Source: an uncultured Clostridia bacterium
GTDB taxonomy: Bacteria > Bacillota > Clostridia > TANB77 > CAG-508
DNA length: 64,000 nt
Assembly: GCA_944388765.1 (NCBI GenBank)
Contig: CALXKA010000001.1
Coordinates: forward strand, 35,871-99,870
Direction of reading: 5' to 3'
The stretch's first letter is position 1; each line of letters starts with the position of its first letter. Below are positions 39,540-50,146 of this stretch, one piece after another. The notes under the pieces were generated by a model. It did not search any database. It saw nothing but the letters and a program-made list of their open reading frames with translations, and was not told the origin of the DNA. A program made the position numbers and the translations under genes.

Positions 39540-40325
39540 TTAATTCTTTTTAAAATTCATAATTAACTTTTCTTTTAATGTTAATTCTACTGGTATTGGT
39601 TCAGTAATATCAATTTTTTTATTTCTTAAAGCTAATAGAGGATTTGTATTTGATAATTCTTCTAATTTTTCCTCTCCTATTAGTTCATTTATTTCTACTA
39701 ATATCTCTGGTATTCTAGGATAGATTGTGTTTTGCCTATGAACATCTGTACCTAGAAAATGTATCATGTTGTTTTTTAATAGTTTCTTTACTATTATTTT
39801 AGCTTTTTCTCCATATTGTCCAATAATACTACCATAATTTGCTTGCATTAGTGCTCCTTTTTGAATTAAATCATATATTAATTCTGGTTCTTTTTGTACA
39901 TATGAATATCTTTCTGGATGCGCTAATACTGGTACTAATTTATATTGCATCATTTCATAAATTGTATCATATAGATTTAATGGTTCAGCATTTAATGGCA
40001 TTTCAAAAAGTACATAACTAGTATCATTTATTGTAGATGCTTTTCTTTCTTCTAATAGTTTTATAATATTTTCTGATAAATATATTTCGTTCCCTAAATA
40101 TAATTTTAAATCTATATTTTTTGCCTGTAAGTTTTCATATATAGCATTTATCCATACTTCTCTTTCAGGTACATCTGTTTCGTAATAATTTTCCATATAA
40201 TGTGATGTTGAAACAATTGCATCAAATCCCACATTTTTTGCTTCTTTTATTAAATTAAAGGTTTCTTCTATACTTCTTGATCCATCATCTATATTTGGTA
40301 ATATGTGTGAATGAAAGTCTATCAT
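39540..40325 (-). CDS. cpsB: Capsular polysaccharide tyrosine-protein phosphatase (PHP family, CpsB/YwqE)
   Basis: 261 aa. N-terminus MIDFHSHILPNIDDG, a PHP metal-binding motif. Confidence 0.85.
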   Translation of the reverse strand: MIDFHSHILPNIDDGSRSIEETFNLIKEAKNVGFDAIVSTSHYMENYYETDVPEREVWINAIYENLQAKNIDLKLYLGNEIYLSENIIKLLEERKASTINDTSYVLFEMPLNAEPLNLYDTIYEMMQYKLVPVLAHPERYSYVQKEPELIYDLIQKGALMQANYGSIIGQYGEKAKIIVKKLLKNNMIHFLGTDVHRQNTIYPRIPEILVEINELIGEEKLEELSNTNPLLALRNKKIDITEPIPVELTLKEKLIMNFKKN

Positions 40326-40348
40326 TATGTTTTGCTCCTTTTAATGTT

Positions 40349-41305
40349 CTATTCTATATTTTTCTTTTCTTTATCTAAATATTCATTTATTTGTTTCAAT
40401 ATATCATTAGTCCTTTCTAATGTTGCCTCATTATTTTCCTTTTTTATTTTTATATTGTTTTCTAAATCAGGTCTATCTTTATTTTCTCTTGTTTCATTGT
40501 CTCTTTTTTCAATATTCTTTGTTCTATTTGTATTTCTGTTTTCAGTTGAAGTTAATCTTTGTTTATTGCTTTTTTTCATTGCATTTCTCATTTCATTTTT
40601 GGCTTTTTTCATTTCTGTTGAACCATAATAATATGATTGTTCATATTTTTTAGCAGCAATTGGAACTTTATTTACTACAACTCCTGCTATTTTTCCACCA
40701 ACATTTTGTATATTTGTAATTGCTCTTCTTAGATTTTCTTTTTTAGTTTCTTTACTTGCTGTTACAATAACAGTTGAATCTACTAATCTCGCTAAAATTA
40801 ATGAATCTGTTACTAATTCGTTTGGTGTTCCATCTAATATTACTATATCACATAATTCTTTTAATTGATCTAATAAATCTACCATTTGAGGAGATATTAA
40901 TAATTCAGATGGATTTGGAGGTATATTTCCAGCTGGTATAATAAATAGATTATCTACTTCTGTTTCCTGGACAAAATCTACTATATCTAACTCTTCATCT
41001 TCATCTATTCCTATTCCTGATAGATAATTTGAAAGCCCTGGTATTGGAGAAACACCAAATATGCTATATTGCCTACCTTTTCTCATATCAGCATCTATTA
41101 TTACTACTTTTTTTCCTGCTTGTGCAAATGTAACTGCTAAATTTGATGCGACCCAACTTTTTCCCTCTCCTGGGAATGTTGAAGTAACTAATATTGTTTT
41201 TAATTTTCCTTTTGTGTTCATGAATTGAATGTTTGTTCTTAGAGTTCTGAATACTTCTGAGATAGGAGATTTTGGATCTAGTTCTGCTATTAATTCCTTT
41301 TTCAT
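40349..41305 (-). CDS. cpsD: Tyrosine-protein kinase CpsD/YwqD (BY-kinase) with extended charged C-terminal tail
   Basis: 318 aa. Walker A GEGKSW, Walker A' (VVIIDADMRKG), Walker B VILDGTP. Tyrosine cluster YEQSYYYG is followed by about 90 further residues rich in K/E/N/R. Confidence 0.85.
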   Translation of the reverse strand: MKKELIAELDPKSPISEVFRTLRTNIQFMNTKGKLKTILVTSTFPGEGKSWVASNLAVTFAQAGKKVVIIDADMRKGRQYSIFGVSPIPGLSNYLSGIGIDEDEELDIVDFVQETEVDNLFIIPAGNIPPNPSELLISPQMVDLLDQLKELCDIVILDGTPNELVTDSLILARLVDSTVIVTASKETKKENLRRAITNIQNVGGKIAGVVVNKVPIAAKKYEQSYYYGSTEMKKAKNEMRNAMKKSNKQRLTSTENRNTNRTKNIEKRDNETRENKDRPDLENNIKIKKENNEATLERTNDILKQINEYLDKEKKNIE

Positions 41306-42030
41306 TATTTTTTACCTCCTCTTTTTTTCTTTTGCATTTCTGTACCATACATTGGTATAGATGCTAATACTGGTAATTTAAATTGTTTTTCTATATCATC
41401 TGCTGTTTTTATTGTTGTATCTAGCATATTAGCAATTAATACATACAGTACTGCTATTACAGCTCCAATAAAAGCAAAAATTACAACATCCTTACTGTGA
41501 TTTATATTAGATGGTACATTATCCACTTCTGCTTCATCAACAATATGTACATTGTTAATATTATATATTTCCGAAACTTTATCTGAAAACACCTTTGCTA
41601 TTTCATTTGCTATATCTGCTGCATATTCTGGATTCAAATTTGTTACTGATATTTCTAAAACTTCTGTATCTTCTACTGAACTTACAGTTACATTATTTCG
41701 TAACTCTTCCCATGAAATATCAATACCAAGATTTGAGATAACTTGTCCTAATACGTCTTTACTTCTAACTAATACGCTATATGTAGATACTAAATTTGAG
41801 TTTAAAGTAATATCTGATGTTGTTATTGAATTAGTAGTAGTGCTTGTTGCTGTTCCATCTTCATTATGTGATGATGCTAAAACTAGTGTTGTTGATGCAG
41901 TATACATTGGTGTAACCATTGTCATTGTATATATAAATCCTAATACTGCAAATATTAAAACTAATAAAATTATTGGTATTTTCTTACTCCAAAATATGTT
42001 AAATAGTTCTTTTAAATCTAATTCTTCCAT
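41305..42030 (-). CDS. cpsC: Polysaccharide chain-length determinant CpsC/YwqC (Wzz-like)
   Basis: 241 aa. Two TM helices flanking a periplasmic-type domain. Confidence 0.8.
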   Translation of the reverse strand: MEELDLKELFNIFWSKKIPIILLVLIFAVLGFIYTMTMVTPMYTASTTLVLASSHNEDGTATSTTTNSITTSDITLNSNLVSTYSVLVRSKDVLGQVISNLGIDISWEELRNNVTVSSVEDTEVLEISVTNLNPEYAADIANEIAKVFSDKVSEIYNINNVHIVDEAEVDNVPSNINHSKDVVIFAFIGAVIAVLYVLIANMLDTTIKTADDIEKQFKLPVLASIPMYGTEMQKKKRGGKK

Positions 42031-42107
42031 AATTCCTCCCTTTATTTTTCTTTTGATTTATACTTTAATAGTATACATTTAAATTTGAAATCTGACAAGT
42101 ATTTAAT

Positions 42108-43211
42108 TTAATTTTTAATATTTAAATTTTTTATCACTTTTTTTGATTTTTTTAGAACTTTTTGTCTAATAAATTCAATAATTATACATGTTATAAATAC
42201 TGCAATCACACTTCCTATCGCAATAAGTATTCCATATGGATTATGATAACAAATTTCTGTATGTAAAATTTTATTATATAATACTGTTCTTAATTGTGAT
42301 TGTTCATGTATAAGATAAACAGCAAGTGTAAGTGGTGCTATAAATTCTATTACTTTTATTAGCTTACTACTTTTTATATCTAATTGCTTGAAATACATAA
42401 ATAATGCTATTGATTCTATTAAAATAAATATATTATTATATGATATAAATTTATCTCTAAATGTTACTTTTCCTAAGTAGTTTCCTATTATATCTGATGC
42501 TAGCATTCCTATTGTTACAATTATACCAAAAATGAAATATATTAATAAAAAGTAAAAACTTTTATTTAATTTTAGTTTATTTGGAATATCATATACTCTA
42601 ATATACCCTGCAATTAAATATAAGCAAATAAACCAAATTATTCCATATCCATGACTTGAATCTAATGTATATGCATCTGGAAGTATACTTATAATACTAA
42701 AACATATAATGAGTATTATTAATAATTTTTGATATTCCTTTTTATTTATATTATTAATTAATTTATTTAAAAATGGACTTAAAATGTACATTACTAAATA
42801 AATGTTTATAAACCAATATTGTTTTGTGATTATTGGAAATAAACTTTTAACAATTCCTTTGATATCTAGTTCTTTTAATCCTAAAACAACAATAATAAAA
42901 TATATAGATATTGAGTAAAATAATGTTTCTAACCATAATTGTAATACTTTTTTCCATTTAAATTTGGATTTTATTAGAAAATATCCACTTATTAAAACAT
43001 AACAATTTACCGCTATTATACATAGCGCTTCTATGAAATAATAAATGATATGATATGTGTTGCTAGTGTTTTTAATATCTAATAATCCACCTTTACCCAA
43101 GTAATGTAAAAATACTATCATTATCATTGAAATAATTCTAAGACTGTCTAATCCTATATTTCTCTTTTTTGTTTCTTTTATTTCTCCTTTATTTTCTAAA
43201 ACATTTTCCAT
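42108..43211 (-). CDS. Acyltransferase family 3 (membrane O-acetyltransferase)
   Basis: 367 aa, polytopic. GLDSLRIISMIMIVFLH motif. Confidence 0.75.
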   Translation of the reverse strand: MENVLENKGEIKETKKRNIGLDSLRIISMIMIVFLHYLGKGGLLDIKNTSNTYHIIYYFIEALCIIAVNCYVLISGYFLIKSKFKWKKVLQLWLETLFYSISIYFIIVVLGLKELDIKGIVKSLFPIITKQYWFINIYLVMYILSPFLNKLINNINKKEYQKLLIILIICFSIISILPDAYTLDSSHGYGIIWFICLYLIAGYIRVYDIPNKLKLNKSFYFLLIYFIFGIIVTIGMLASDIIGNYLGKVTFRDKFISYNNIFILIESIALFMYFKQLDIKSSKLIKVIEFIAPLTLAVYLIHEQSQLRTVLYNKILHTEICYHNPYGILIAIGSVIAVFITCIIIEFIRQKVLKKSKKVIKNLNIKN

Positions 43212-43215
43212 ATTA

Positions 43216-44247
43216 TTAGTCCTTTTTTGTATTATTATATTGTTTTGATTTTAACTTTCTTGCTATTGCTTTTAACTTAAAGAATATTTTCAATAGATTT
43301 ATTTTGTTATATTTAACCAATAACAGCTGAAATCTTAAATGCTGTGGTAAAAACTTAAATTGAAAGTTTTTACTCATTTCTTTAAATTGGTTAGTGCTTG
43401 TTATTTCTTCTATATTTTTAAAAATTGCTTTATTATTGTTATTTATATAGCTTAAATAGGCATAATTAATTATATTATTTGCATATATAGTATCACTAAT
43501 TTTTCTTCTTTCTTCATATTTTTTATCATTTTTCTTTATAATATTTATAATTTTTTTATGTATATCTAAGATGTAATACATATTTTTTTCATAATTTTTC
43601 TTAGATTTTGTCATTCCGTTTGTATTAATAAAGTAATGATACAATTTTTCATTCATAAAATATATATCTTTACAACTGTAACAGATGTTTAATAAATATT
43701 CTATGTCTTCCATATATTTAGTTTCTTCATTATAATACCAATTATTTTTCTTTAATGTATCTAATTTTATATAAAGTAACCAAGAATAACTTGGTATTTT
43801 TCCAACTAATATATCTGGTATAACTTTTTCTTTTATTTGATTACTATTATACAATATATTTTTATAATTGTTTTCTTTTTTTTCATTGTTTATCATATAA
43901 TTTATTCTAATTATTTCATAATTCTTATCCATTTGTTCTTTTACTTTTTTAAATGTATCTTTTTCTATCCAATCATCTGAATCTATGAATGTCACATATT
44001 TACCTTTTGCATTCTTTATTCCTACATTTCTAGTTGCGCTTAATCCCTTATTTTTTTGTTTTATTACTATTATCCTCTTATCCTTTTTTTTATATTCTTG
44101 TAATATTTTTTCTGATTCGTCTGTTGAACCATCATTAATACAAATTACTTCAAATTCATTAAATGATTGATCTAAAATTGAATCTAAACATCTTTCTAAT
44201 GTATCCTTAGCATTATAGATTGGAACAATAACACTTAATTCTATCAT
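43216..44247 (-). CDS. Glycosyltransferase family 2
   Basis: LSVIVPIYNA...DGSTD...DSDD motifs. Confidence 0.8.
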   Translation of the reverse strand: MIELSVIVPIYNAKDTLERCLDSILDQSFNEFEVICINDGSTDESEKILQEYKKKDKRIIVIKQKNKGLSATRNVGIKNAKGKYVTFIDSDDWIEKDTFKKVKEQMDKNYEIIRINYMINNEKKENNYKNILYNSNQIKEKVIPDILVGKIPSYSWLLYIKLDTLKKNNWYYNEETKYMEDIEYLLNICYSCKDIYFMNEKLYHYFINTNGMTKSKKNYEKNMYYILDIHKKIINIIKKNDKKYEERRKISDTIYANNIINYAYLSYINNNNKAIFKNIEEITSTNQFKEMSKNFQFKFLPQHLRFQLLLVKYNKINLLKIFFKLKAIARKLKSKQYNNTKKD

Positions 44248-44248
44248 T

Positions 44249-45445
44249 TTATCCCCCTACAATCTTTGCAAAATTTGTCAAATATTTTTCTTTATCAAAC
44301 TCTTCTTTTTTTTCTACTTCTTTTTTTGCATTTATACCAAAATCTTTTCGAATATCTTTATTTAATGTCAGAAATTTTATAGCATTTGATAGATTATCTA
44401 CTATATCTTTATCTTTTTCTACAATTATTCCTGTTGTATTATTATTAATAATTTCTACCATTCCACCAGAATTAGTTGCAATAATGGCTTTTCCCATTAA
44501 GCTAGCTTCTAATGCTACCATTCCAAATGCTTCTTCACAAATTGTTGGAATTACTATAATATCTAACACTTTATATATTTGTGGCATATTTTTTTTACTT
44601 ACATTGCCTATAAAATATATATTGTTTTTTATATGTTTTATTTCTTCTAATATTTTATTATAATACTTATCTTTCTTTATCTTATCATACCATTGAGAGC
44701 CTATTACATATAAACTTACATTTGGTAATTCTATATTTCTAAACGCTTTTACCAATTCTAATAATCCCTTTTCTTTTGAAATTCTTCCTATGTACCCAAT
44801 TGATACATCATCTTTAATCTTATATTCTTTTATTTTCTTAGACTCAATACATTCGTTTATATTATCATTATTGTACAAGTCTTTATCAATACAGTTATAT
44901 AATACTTCTATTTTATCTGTTCTTTGTATGCTGTTTAATCTGTTTTTTATAAAATTGCTGATTACTATAATTTTTTCTGCCGTTTTTTCTATTAATTTAT
45001 AATTTTCCTCTGTTTTATCTATATTATTTATGTCGTTATGCATATGGTATATTAACTTTGCATTATTATATAATTTTTTTTCGTATATTTTCCTATATAA
45101 AAACATATTATTTTCTATTATAATTTTATCGTAGTTATGTTTTTTTATTTCGTTTTCCATCTTTATCCACGAAAAATTTACAACTTTATTAATTTTTAAT
45201 ATATTAAAAAATTTATTCATTACTTTTTGGAGTATTTTTTTAATATATGGTATCTTTTTCATCATTATTTTCGTATTTTCATATTTATATTCTTTTAACT
45301 TATCATCATATACTGTATATAAATCTATATCGTAATATTTATTTTTTTCATTTTCTTCTATTAGATATGTTATTAACATTTCCACTGCTCCACCTTTTAT
45401 ATCAGGTACAGGTAATAGCATTGGAGAAACAATAGCTATTTTCAT
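44249..45445 (-). CDS. Glycosyltransferase family 4 (GT-B)
   Basis: 398 aa. C-terminal EAFGMVALEA (E-x7-E) motif. Confidence 0.75.
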   Translation of the reverse strand: MKIAIVSPMLLPVPDIKGGAVEMLITYLIEENEKNKYYDIDLYTVYDDKLKEYKYENTKIMMKKIPYIKKILQKVMNKFFNILKINKVVNFSWIKMENEIKKHNYDKIIIENNMFLYRKIYEKKLYNNAKLIYHMHNDINNIDKTEENYKLIEKTAEKIIVISNFIKNRLNSIQRTDKIEVLYNCIDKDLYNNDNINECIESKKIKEYKIKDDVSIGYIGRISKEKGLLELVKAFRNIELPNVSLYVIGSQWYDKIKKDKYYNKILEEIKHIKNNIYFIGNVSKKNMPQIYKVLDIIVIPTICEEAFGMVALEASLMGKAIIATNSGGMVEIINNNTTGIIVEKDKDIVDNLSNAIKFLTLNKDIRKDFGINAKKEVEKKEEFDKEKYLTNFAKIVGG

Positions 45446-46989
45446 AAACTTTCCTTTCTTCTTAATATTTTATTTATAATCATTTCTTTGAAAAACTTAT
45501 ATTCATCTTTTTTTCTAAATAATATTATAATAATAATCGTAGGAATCATAATCGCTATTATAATACTTAATATCGTACTTATTATAAAATTATTAGCAGA
45601 TATACTATCTTTAATAAAATAACTTGCTAATATTATAATAATTGCTAAACATGTATAGCTAAAAAACATTTTTAAATATTCTTTATATCTTCTCTTTAAA
45701 ACTCCTTTATATACAAATTTAGGATAGCTATATAAATGTAATACCATTGAGCTCATTATAGTTCCCATGAATACACCTGCTAGTCCAAAAAATTTTAAAA
45801 ATATTATAGAAAATACTAAATTTACAAGTGATTCAATTAACGGTATAAATCTATCTTCATAGAATATTCCTGCTGCTTCTTTAAATTGTCCCATACATTG
45901 TCTTGTTATATTAAAATAAAAAGTAAATGCTAATGTAAATACTATGAACATTGATAAAATATATTGTTCTCCAAAACAAATTGTTATTATATTATTTATT
46001 ACTAAAACTATCCCTGTTGTCCCTATTACTCCTACAACAAAATTTATAAAATATATTTTTTTGAAAACTTCATATATTTTATCATTATTTTCCTTAACTA
46101 GTAAATTTCCTATACTTGCTGTTAATCCTGCAAAAATTTGACTAATTAGAATAGTAAGAGCATTAATAACCATAGAATAATTTGAATAATACCCAACTGT
46201 TGTTACTCCTAAAAAAGTAGATATAATTATATTATCTGTACCAGATACTAGGAAGCTAGATATTTTATGCACAAAAAGAGCCTTTACTTTTTTTATTATA
46301 TCGTCTAATACTTCTTTTGGCATTTTCTTATCTTCTTTTTCTTTTATAAACGGATATAATTTGTTTGCAAAATGTGAAATTATGATATTCTCTATAAATC
46401 TTGATATTACTTTTATTATTAAATATGCATAAAAGTTTTTCAAATAAATAGTAACAACTATCTGTATGATTGTAAAAAAGGTATAAGTTGCTGTATGAAT
46501 AATATTAATATAATAATTTCTTTGATTTGCAATTATTATTGTTCTCTTGTATGTAAAAAGATATGATAATATTGTATCTAATAAAAATAGTAAATAAATT
46601 ATTACTATACTTTCATCTATATTAACTTCACCAACTATTTTAGGTAAGAAAGGTATAATTATTATTCCTATAATAAATACAATTACTGCAATAACTCTAT
46701 AACAAATTTTATAAAATTTCATTAAAATTTTTATTTGTTGTCTATCATCTTCTGCTATTGGTTTATATAAATGAAAGGTTATGGCACTACCTATTCCTAG
46801 TTCTACTATTGCTAGCATCGATATTATATTAGAAAACAAACTGTTTAGTCCTGTATATTCGAGTCCAAGATAATTTAATAAAACTTTTTGTATTATGAAT
46901 CCAAACAGTATTACGCTTATCTGCATTATTACTGCCGTAATTGCGTTTTTTATTGAATTTTGAGTTCTCATTATTTTTTCTTCCTCCAA
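45442..46989 (-). CDS. wzx: Polysaccharide flippase Wzx (MOP/MATE-like, 12-14 TM)
   Basis: 515 aa polytopic membrane protein of polysaccharide_biosynth type. Confidence 0.75.
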   Translation of the reverse strand: MEEEKIMRTQNSIKNAITAVIMQISVILFGFIIQKVLLNYLGLEYTGLNSLFSNIISMLAIVELGIGSAITFHLYKPIAEDDRQQIKILMKFYKICYRVIAVIVFIIGIIIIPFLPKIVGEVNIDESIVIIYLLFLLDTILSYLFTYKRTIIIANQRNYYINIIHTATYTFFTIIQIVVTIYLKNFYAYLIIKVISRFIENIIISHFANKLYPFIKEKEDKKMPKEVLDDIIKKVKALFVHKISSFLVSGTDNIIISTFLGVTTVGYYSNYSMVINALTILISQIFAGLTASIGNLLVKENNDKIYEVFKKIYFINFVVGVIGTTGIVLVINNIITICFGEQYILSMFIVFTLAFTFYFNITRQCMGQFKEAAGIFYEDRFIPLIESLVNLVFSIIFLKFFGLAGVFMGTIMSSMVLHLYSYPKFVYKGVLKRRYKEYLKMFFSYTCLAIIIILASYFIKDSISANNFIISTILSIIIAIMIPTIIIIILFRKKDEYKFFKEMIINKILRRKESL

Positions 46990-47954
46990 TTATATATTTT
47001 TACGCTCAAAATATATAGAATGGGTACATTTTTAAGTAAAAAACATTCTATTTTTCTTTTTTTCCCTTTTAATATTTTATAATTAATATTACTTGCTTGA
47101 AATTCTTTTACTAGCTTTTTATACTCTTTTTTATTCTTTTTTATTTCGTTTTTCGTTATTGCCATCCTACATGCTGATAAAATTGTTAATTGAGAATCTA
47201 TTTTTGCACTTTCTTTTTGTTTTTGGTTTCCAAATTGTTCAATATCTTTTTCTATAATCTTACTTACTTTAATTATATCATTATAATCTGTAAAGTTAGC
47301 TGAATTAGAAATTGAATTTTTTCTTATGTAATAATTATATTTTGATATATTTTGTTGTACATATATTTTACATTTTTTAATTGCATAATAGCTAAATAAT
47401 TTATCTTCATTTATTTTTATTTTTTCATCAATGCTAATATTATCTATAATACTTTTTTTAAATATTTTGTCACACATTCCAATAGAAATATCTTTTTCAC
47501 TTCCTAGGAAATTTACTAATATTTCTTCTCCTTTATAGATAACTATATCATTATTCGTTACTTCTCCTCTTATTTCTCCATCTAATAATATATCTTTTCC
47601 TTTACATGCCGAAATGTCTGCATCATATTTTTCTAAATTATTTACTAAAATTTCAAACATATCTATATCTATGGTATCATCTGAATCCACAAATCCGATT
47701 AATTCTCCTGTCGATTTTTGTATACCTATACTTCTTGTCTTAGATGTTCCTAAATTTTTTTCATTACGATATATCTTTATTCTTTTATCTTTCCTTGCTA
47801 TCTGCTCACATACTTTCCAGCTATCATCACTTGACGCATCATCTATCAATATAATTTCTAATTTTTTGTAAGTTTGATTAATAATGGAATTAATACATCT
47901 TTCTAAATATTTTTCTACATTATAAACTGGAACTATAACACTTATTGTTTTCAT
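46971..47954 (-). CDS. Glycosyltransferase family 2
   Basis: ISVIVPVYNV...DDASSD...DSDD motifs. Confidence 0.8.
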   Translation of the reverse strand: MKTISVIVPVYNVEKYLERCINSIINQTYKKLEIILIDDASSDDSWKVCEQIARKDKRIKIYRNEKNLGTSKTRSIGIQKSTGELIGFVDSDDTIDIDMFEILVNNLEKYDADISACKGKDILLDGEIRGEVTNNDIVIYKGEEILVNFLGSEKDISIGMCDKIFKKSIIDNISIDEKIKINEDKLFSYYAIKKCKIYVQQNISKYNYYIRKNSISNSANFTDYNDIIKVSKIIEKDIEQFGNQKQKESAKIDSQLTILSACRMAITKNEIKKNKKEYKKLVKEFQASNINYKILKGKKRKIECFLLKNVPILYILSVKIYNWRKKK

Positions 47955-47972
47955 CTCTATCTCCTATCTATT

Positions 47973-49016
47973 TCATTGCCAGAAAAATTTATATGGCACA
48001 ATATTGAAAGCATCTCCGTTTAATAAATCTAAATATATTAATATTGCAATAGCAACTACTAAAAAATTAATCAGGTACTTATTTTTATCATTTTTCATTG
48101 TTTCCATTACTTCTGGAATAAGTAAAATCATAAACATTAAATAATAATTAGCTATTCTTAAAATATTATTTGCAATTGGAGCAAACAACATTAAAGAAGC
48201 ACCTATAATAACGTATATGTATAAACTTTTTGCGTTTTCATTCTTTCTTACTGTTGCATTATAAAAAAGTAGGCAAATTGCTACAATACTTAAACACATT
48301 AACATCCACGTATAAGAGTTCGTTTCTACAATTGTATAATTATCATAAATAAATAAGCTTATTATATTAAAAATCTGTTTTTTAAATATAAAAACTATCA
48401 CATCTATTAATGCAATTAAAAGAACTCTTTGTTTAGTTAAATTTATGTTTTTTAAGAAATAGGCTGGTAAAAATACTATTGCTGATGTATGAAAACTTAT
48501 TGCTAGTAACATGGTTATTATATATTTTAATAACTTCTTTTCTTGAATATATTTATAACTAAACATTACAACACCAAAAGCCATAGCTTGTCTTAGTCCA
48601 GAAAAATTAAAGTTATAAAAACCAAAACTCAAATATAATAATATTGTTAAGAATGGCATTTTAGAATATTTGTATGCAACAACTCCTATTGAAGTAGTTG
48701 CGATGCAAGATATTATAAACAAATAAATTTGTTTATTTAGCGTAACCATTGTTATTAGTTTTGTAAGAACTTTGTATCCTATTTCAAATCTACTAAAATC
48801 TAAATTTTGAAAGCTCACATATAATTGATCTTTAACATATTGCCAATAAAATCCCATATCAGATCCTATGTTTATGTCTTTTAATGCTTGTAACAATATT
48901 AATTGTAATATAGATACTGTTATAAATATCAATTTTATTTTGTTATCTTTTTTTCTAATATTATAAATTAGAGAATATATACCTATTAAAAAAATATTAA
49001 CTATATATATTGTCAT
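47973..49016 (-). CDS. EpsG-family polysaccharide polymerase (Wzy-like)
   Basis: 347 aa, about ten TM helices, EpsG-like pattern. Confidence 0.6.
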   Translation of the reverse strand: MTIYIVNIFLIGIYSLIYNIRKKDNKIKLIFITVSILQLILLQALKDINIGSDMGFYWQYVKDQLYVSFQNLDFSRFEIGYKVLTKLITMVTLNKQIYLFIISCIATTSIGVVAYKYSKMPFLTILLYLSFGFYNFNFSGLRQAMAFGVVMFSYKYIQEKKLLKYIITMLLAISFHTSAIVFLPAYFLKNINLTKQRVLLIALIDVIVFIFKKQIFNIISLFIYDNYTIVETNSYTWMLMCLSIVAICLLFYNATVRKNENAKSLYIYVIIGASLMLFAPIANNILRIANYYLMFMILLIPEVMETMKNDKNKYLINFLVVAIAILIYLDLLNGDAFNIVPYKFFWQ

Positions 49017-50131
49017 TTGTTTTCCTCTTTTTCTATTATACTATTTAATAATTTTGCATATTTTTCACTTTGAGTTTTTATGTCATATTTAGTATTTCTT
49101 AATTTTTCATTATATTTTTTTCTTGTATCTTCATTGAGTATTTTAGTTTTATAAATCTCTTCACCCCAAATTTTTGCTGATTCTATTGGAAGAAATTTTA
49201 CTAAATCTGTTAGTTTAACTTCATTGGATATATTGTTTGAACACAAAATATTCATTCCATTTGCTTGTGCTTCTACTATCGTTACTGGAAATCCCTCATT
49301 TTTTGATGGGAGTAAGAATATGTCTGATGCACTCATTATTTCATTGACATTATCACATGTATTAAAAAATAAAATGTTGTTTTCTAAATTATTTTCTTTT
49401 ACAATTTGCTGTATATCTTTTTTTCTATTTCCGTCACCTACTAATATTAATTGATATTGGTTTTTATGTGCTTTATCCATATATTCCATTATATTAACCA
49501 GAAATTCATGGTTCTTTTCAGATGAGAACCTACCTACATGTAGAATAATTATTTTTTCTTTATCTATCTGTTCAAATTTCTTTTTTACTTCTGCTTGATA
49601 TTTGAATTTTTTTATATCGATTGCATTTGGCATAATATAGAAATTCTTTTCTTTAAATATATTTTTTCCAAATAACCATTCTGCTGCTTTTTCTCCACAG
49701 GTAAAATAGTAGTTTGCAAATTTTTTATTTATAACCCTAAGTATTTTTTCTTCAAATTTGCCTATAACGTTTTTTGCTGGATTATATCCATGAGAATGAG
49801 CAATTCTTACTTTGATTTTATTTTTCTTTGCTATCAATAAAGCAATAAATGAAGAAAAGTTTTGATGGCAATGTACTATATCATAATTTCCTTGTTTTAT
49901 AATTTTATTTAGTTGTCGCATATTCTTTAACAAAGACTTTTTCTTTGGAGTAACATGATATATTTTATATCCTTTTTGCTTTAATTTTTTTTCTATTTCT
50001 CCTTCTTTTTCATTGTGTACTACAAATTCAAATTTAAAATTCTTGGAATCTATATTTGTAATATAATTATATAGTATTTTTTCTACTCCACCTCTATCTA
50101 ATGCTGGCACTATGTGTAATACTTTTATCAT
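49013..50131 (-). CDS. Glycosyltransferase family 4
   Basis: 372 aa. GT-B fold, EGFPVTIVEA motif. Confidence 0.75.
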   Translation of the reverse strand: MIKVLHIVPALDRGGVEKILYNYITNIDSKNFKFEFVVHNEKEGEIEKKLKQKGYKIYHVTPKKKSLLKNMRQLNKIIKQGNYDIVHCHQNFSSFIALLIAKKNKIKVRIAHSHGYNPAKNVIGKFEEKILRVINKKFANYYFTCGEKAAEWLFGKNIFKEKNFYIMPNAIDIKKFKYQAEVKKKFEQIDKEKIIILHVGRFSSEKNHEFLVNIMEYMDKAHKNQYQLILVGDGNRKKDIQQIVKENNLENNILFFNTCDNVNEIMSASDIFLLPSKNEGFPVTIVEAQANGMNILCSNNISNEVKLTDLVKFLPIESAKIWGEEIYKTKILNEDTRKKYNEKLRNTKYDIKTQSEKYAKLLNSIIEKEENK

Positions 50132-50146
50132 TGCTTATTTCTCCTT

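Noticed and set aside
41088-41348. 86-aa ORF overlapping the cpsD/cpsC junction
   Set aside because: Out-of-frame overlap with two well-supported genes, and an Arg/Lys-rich low-complexity translation.
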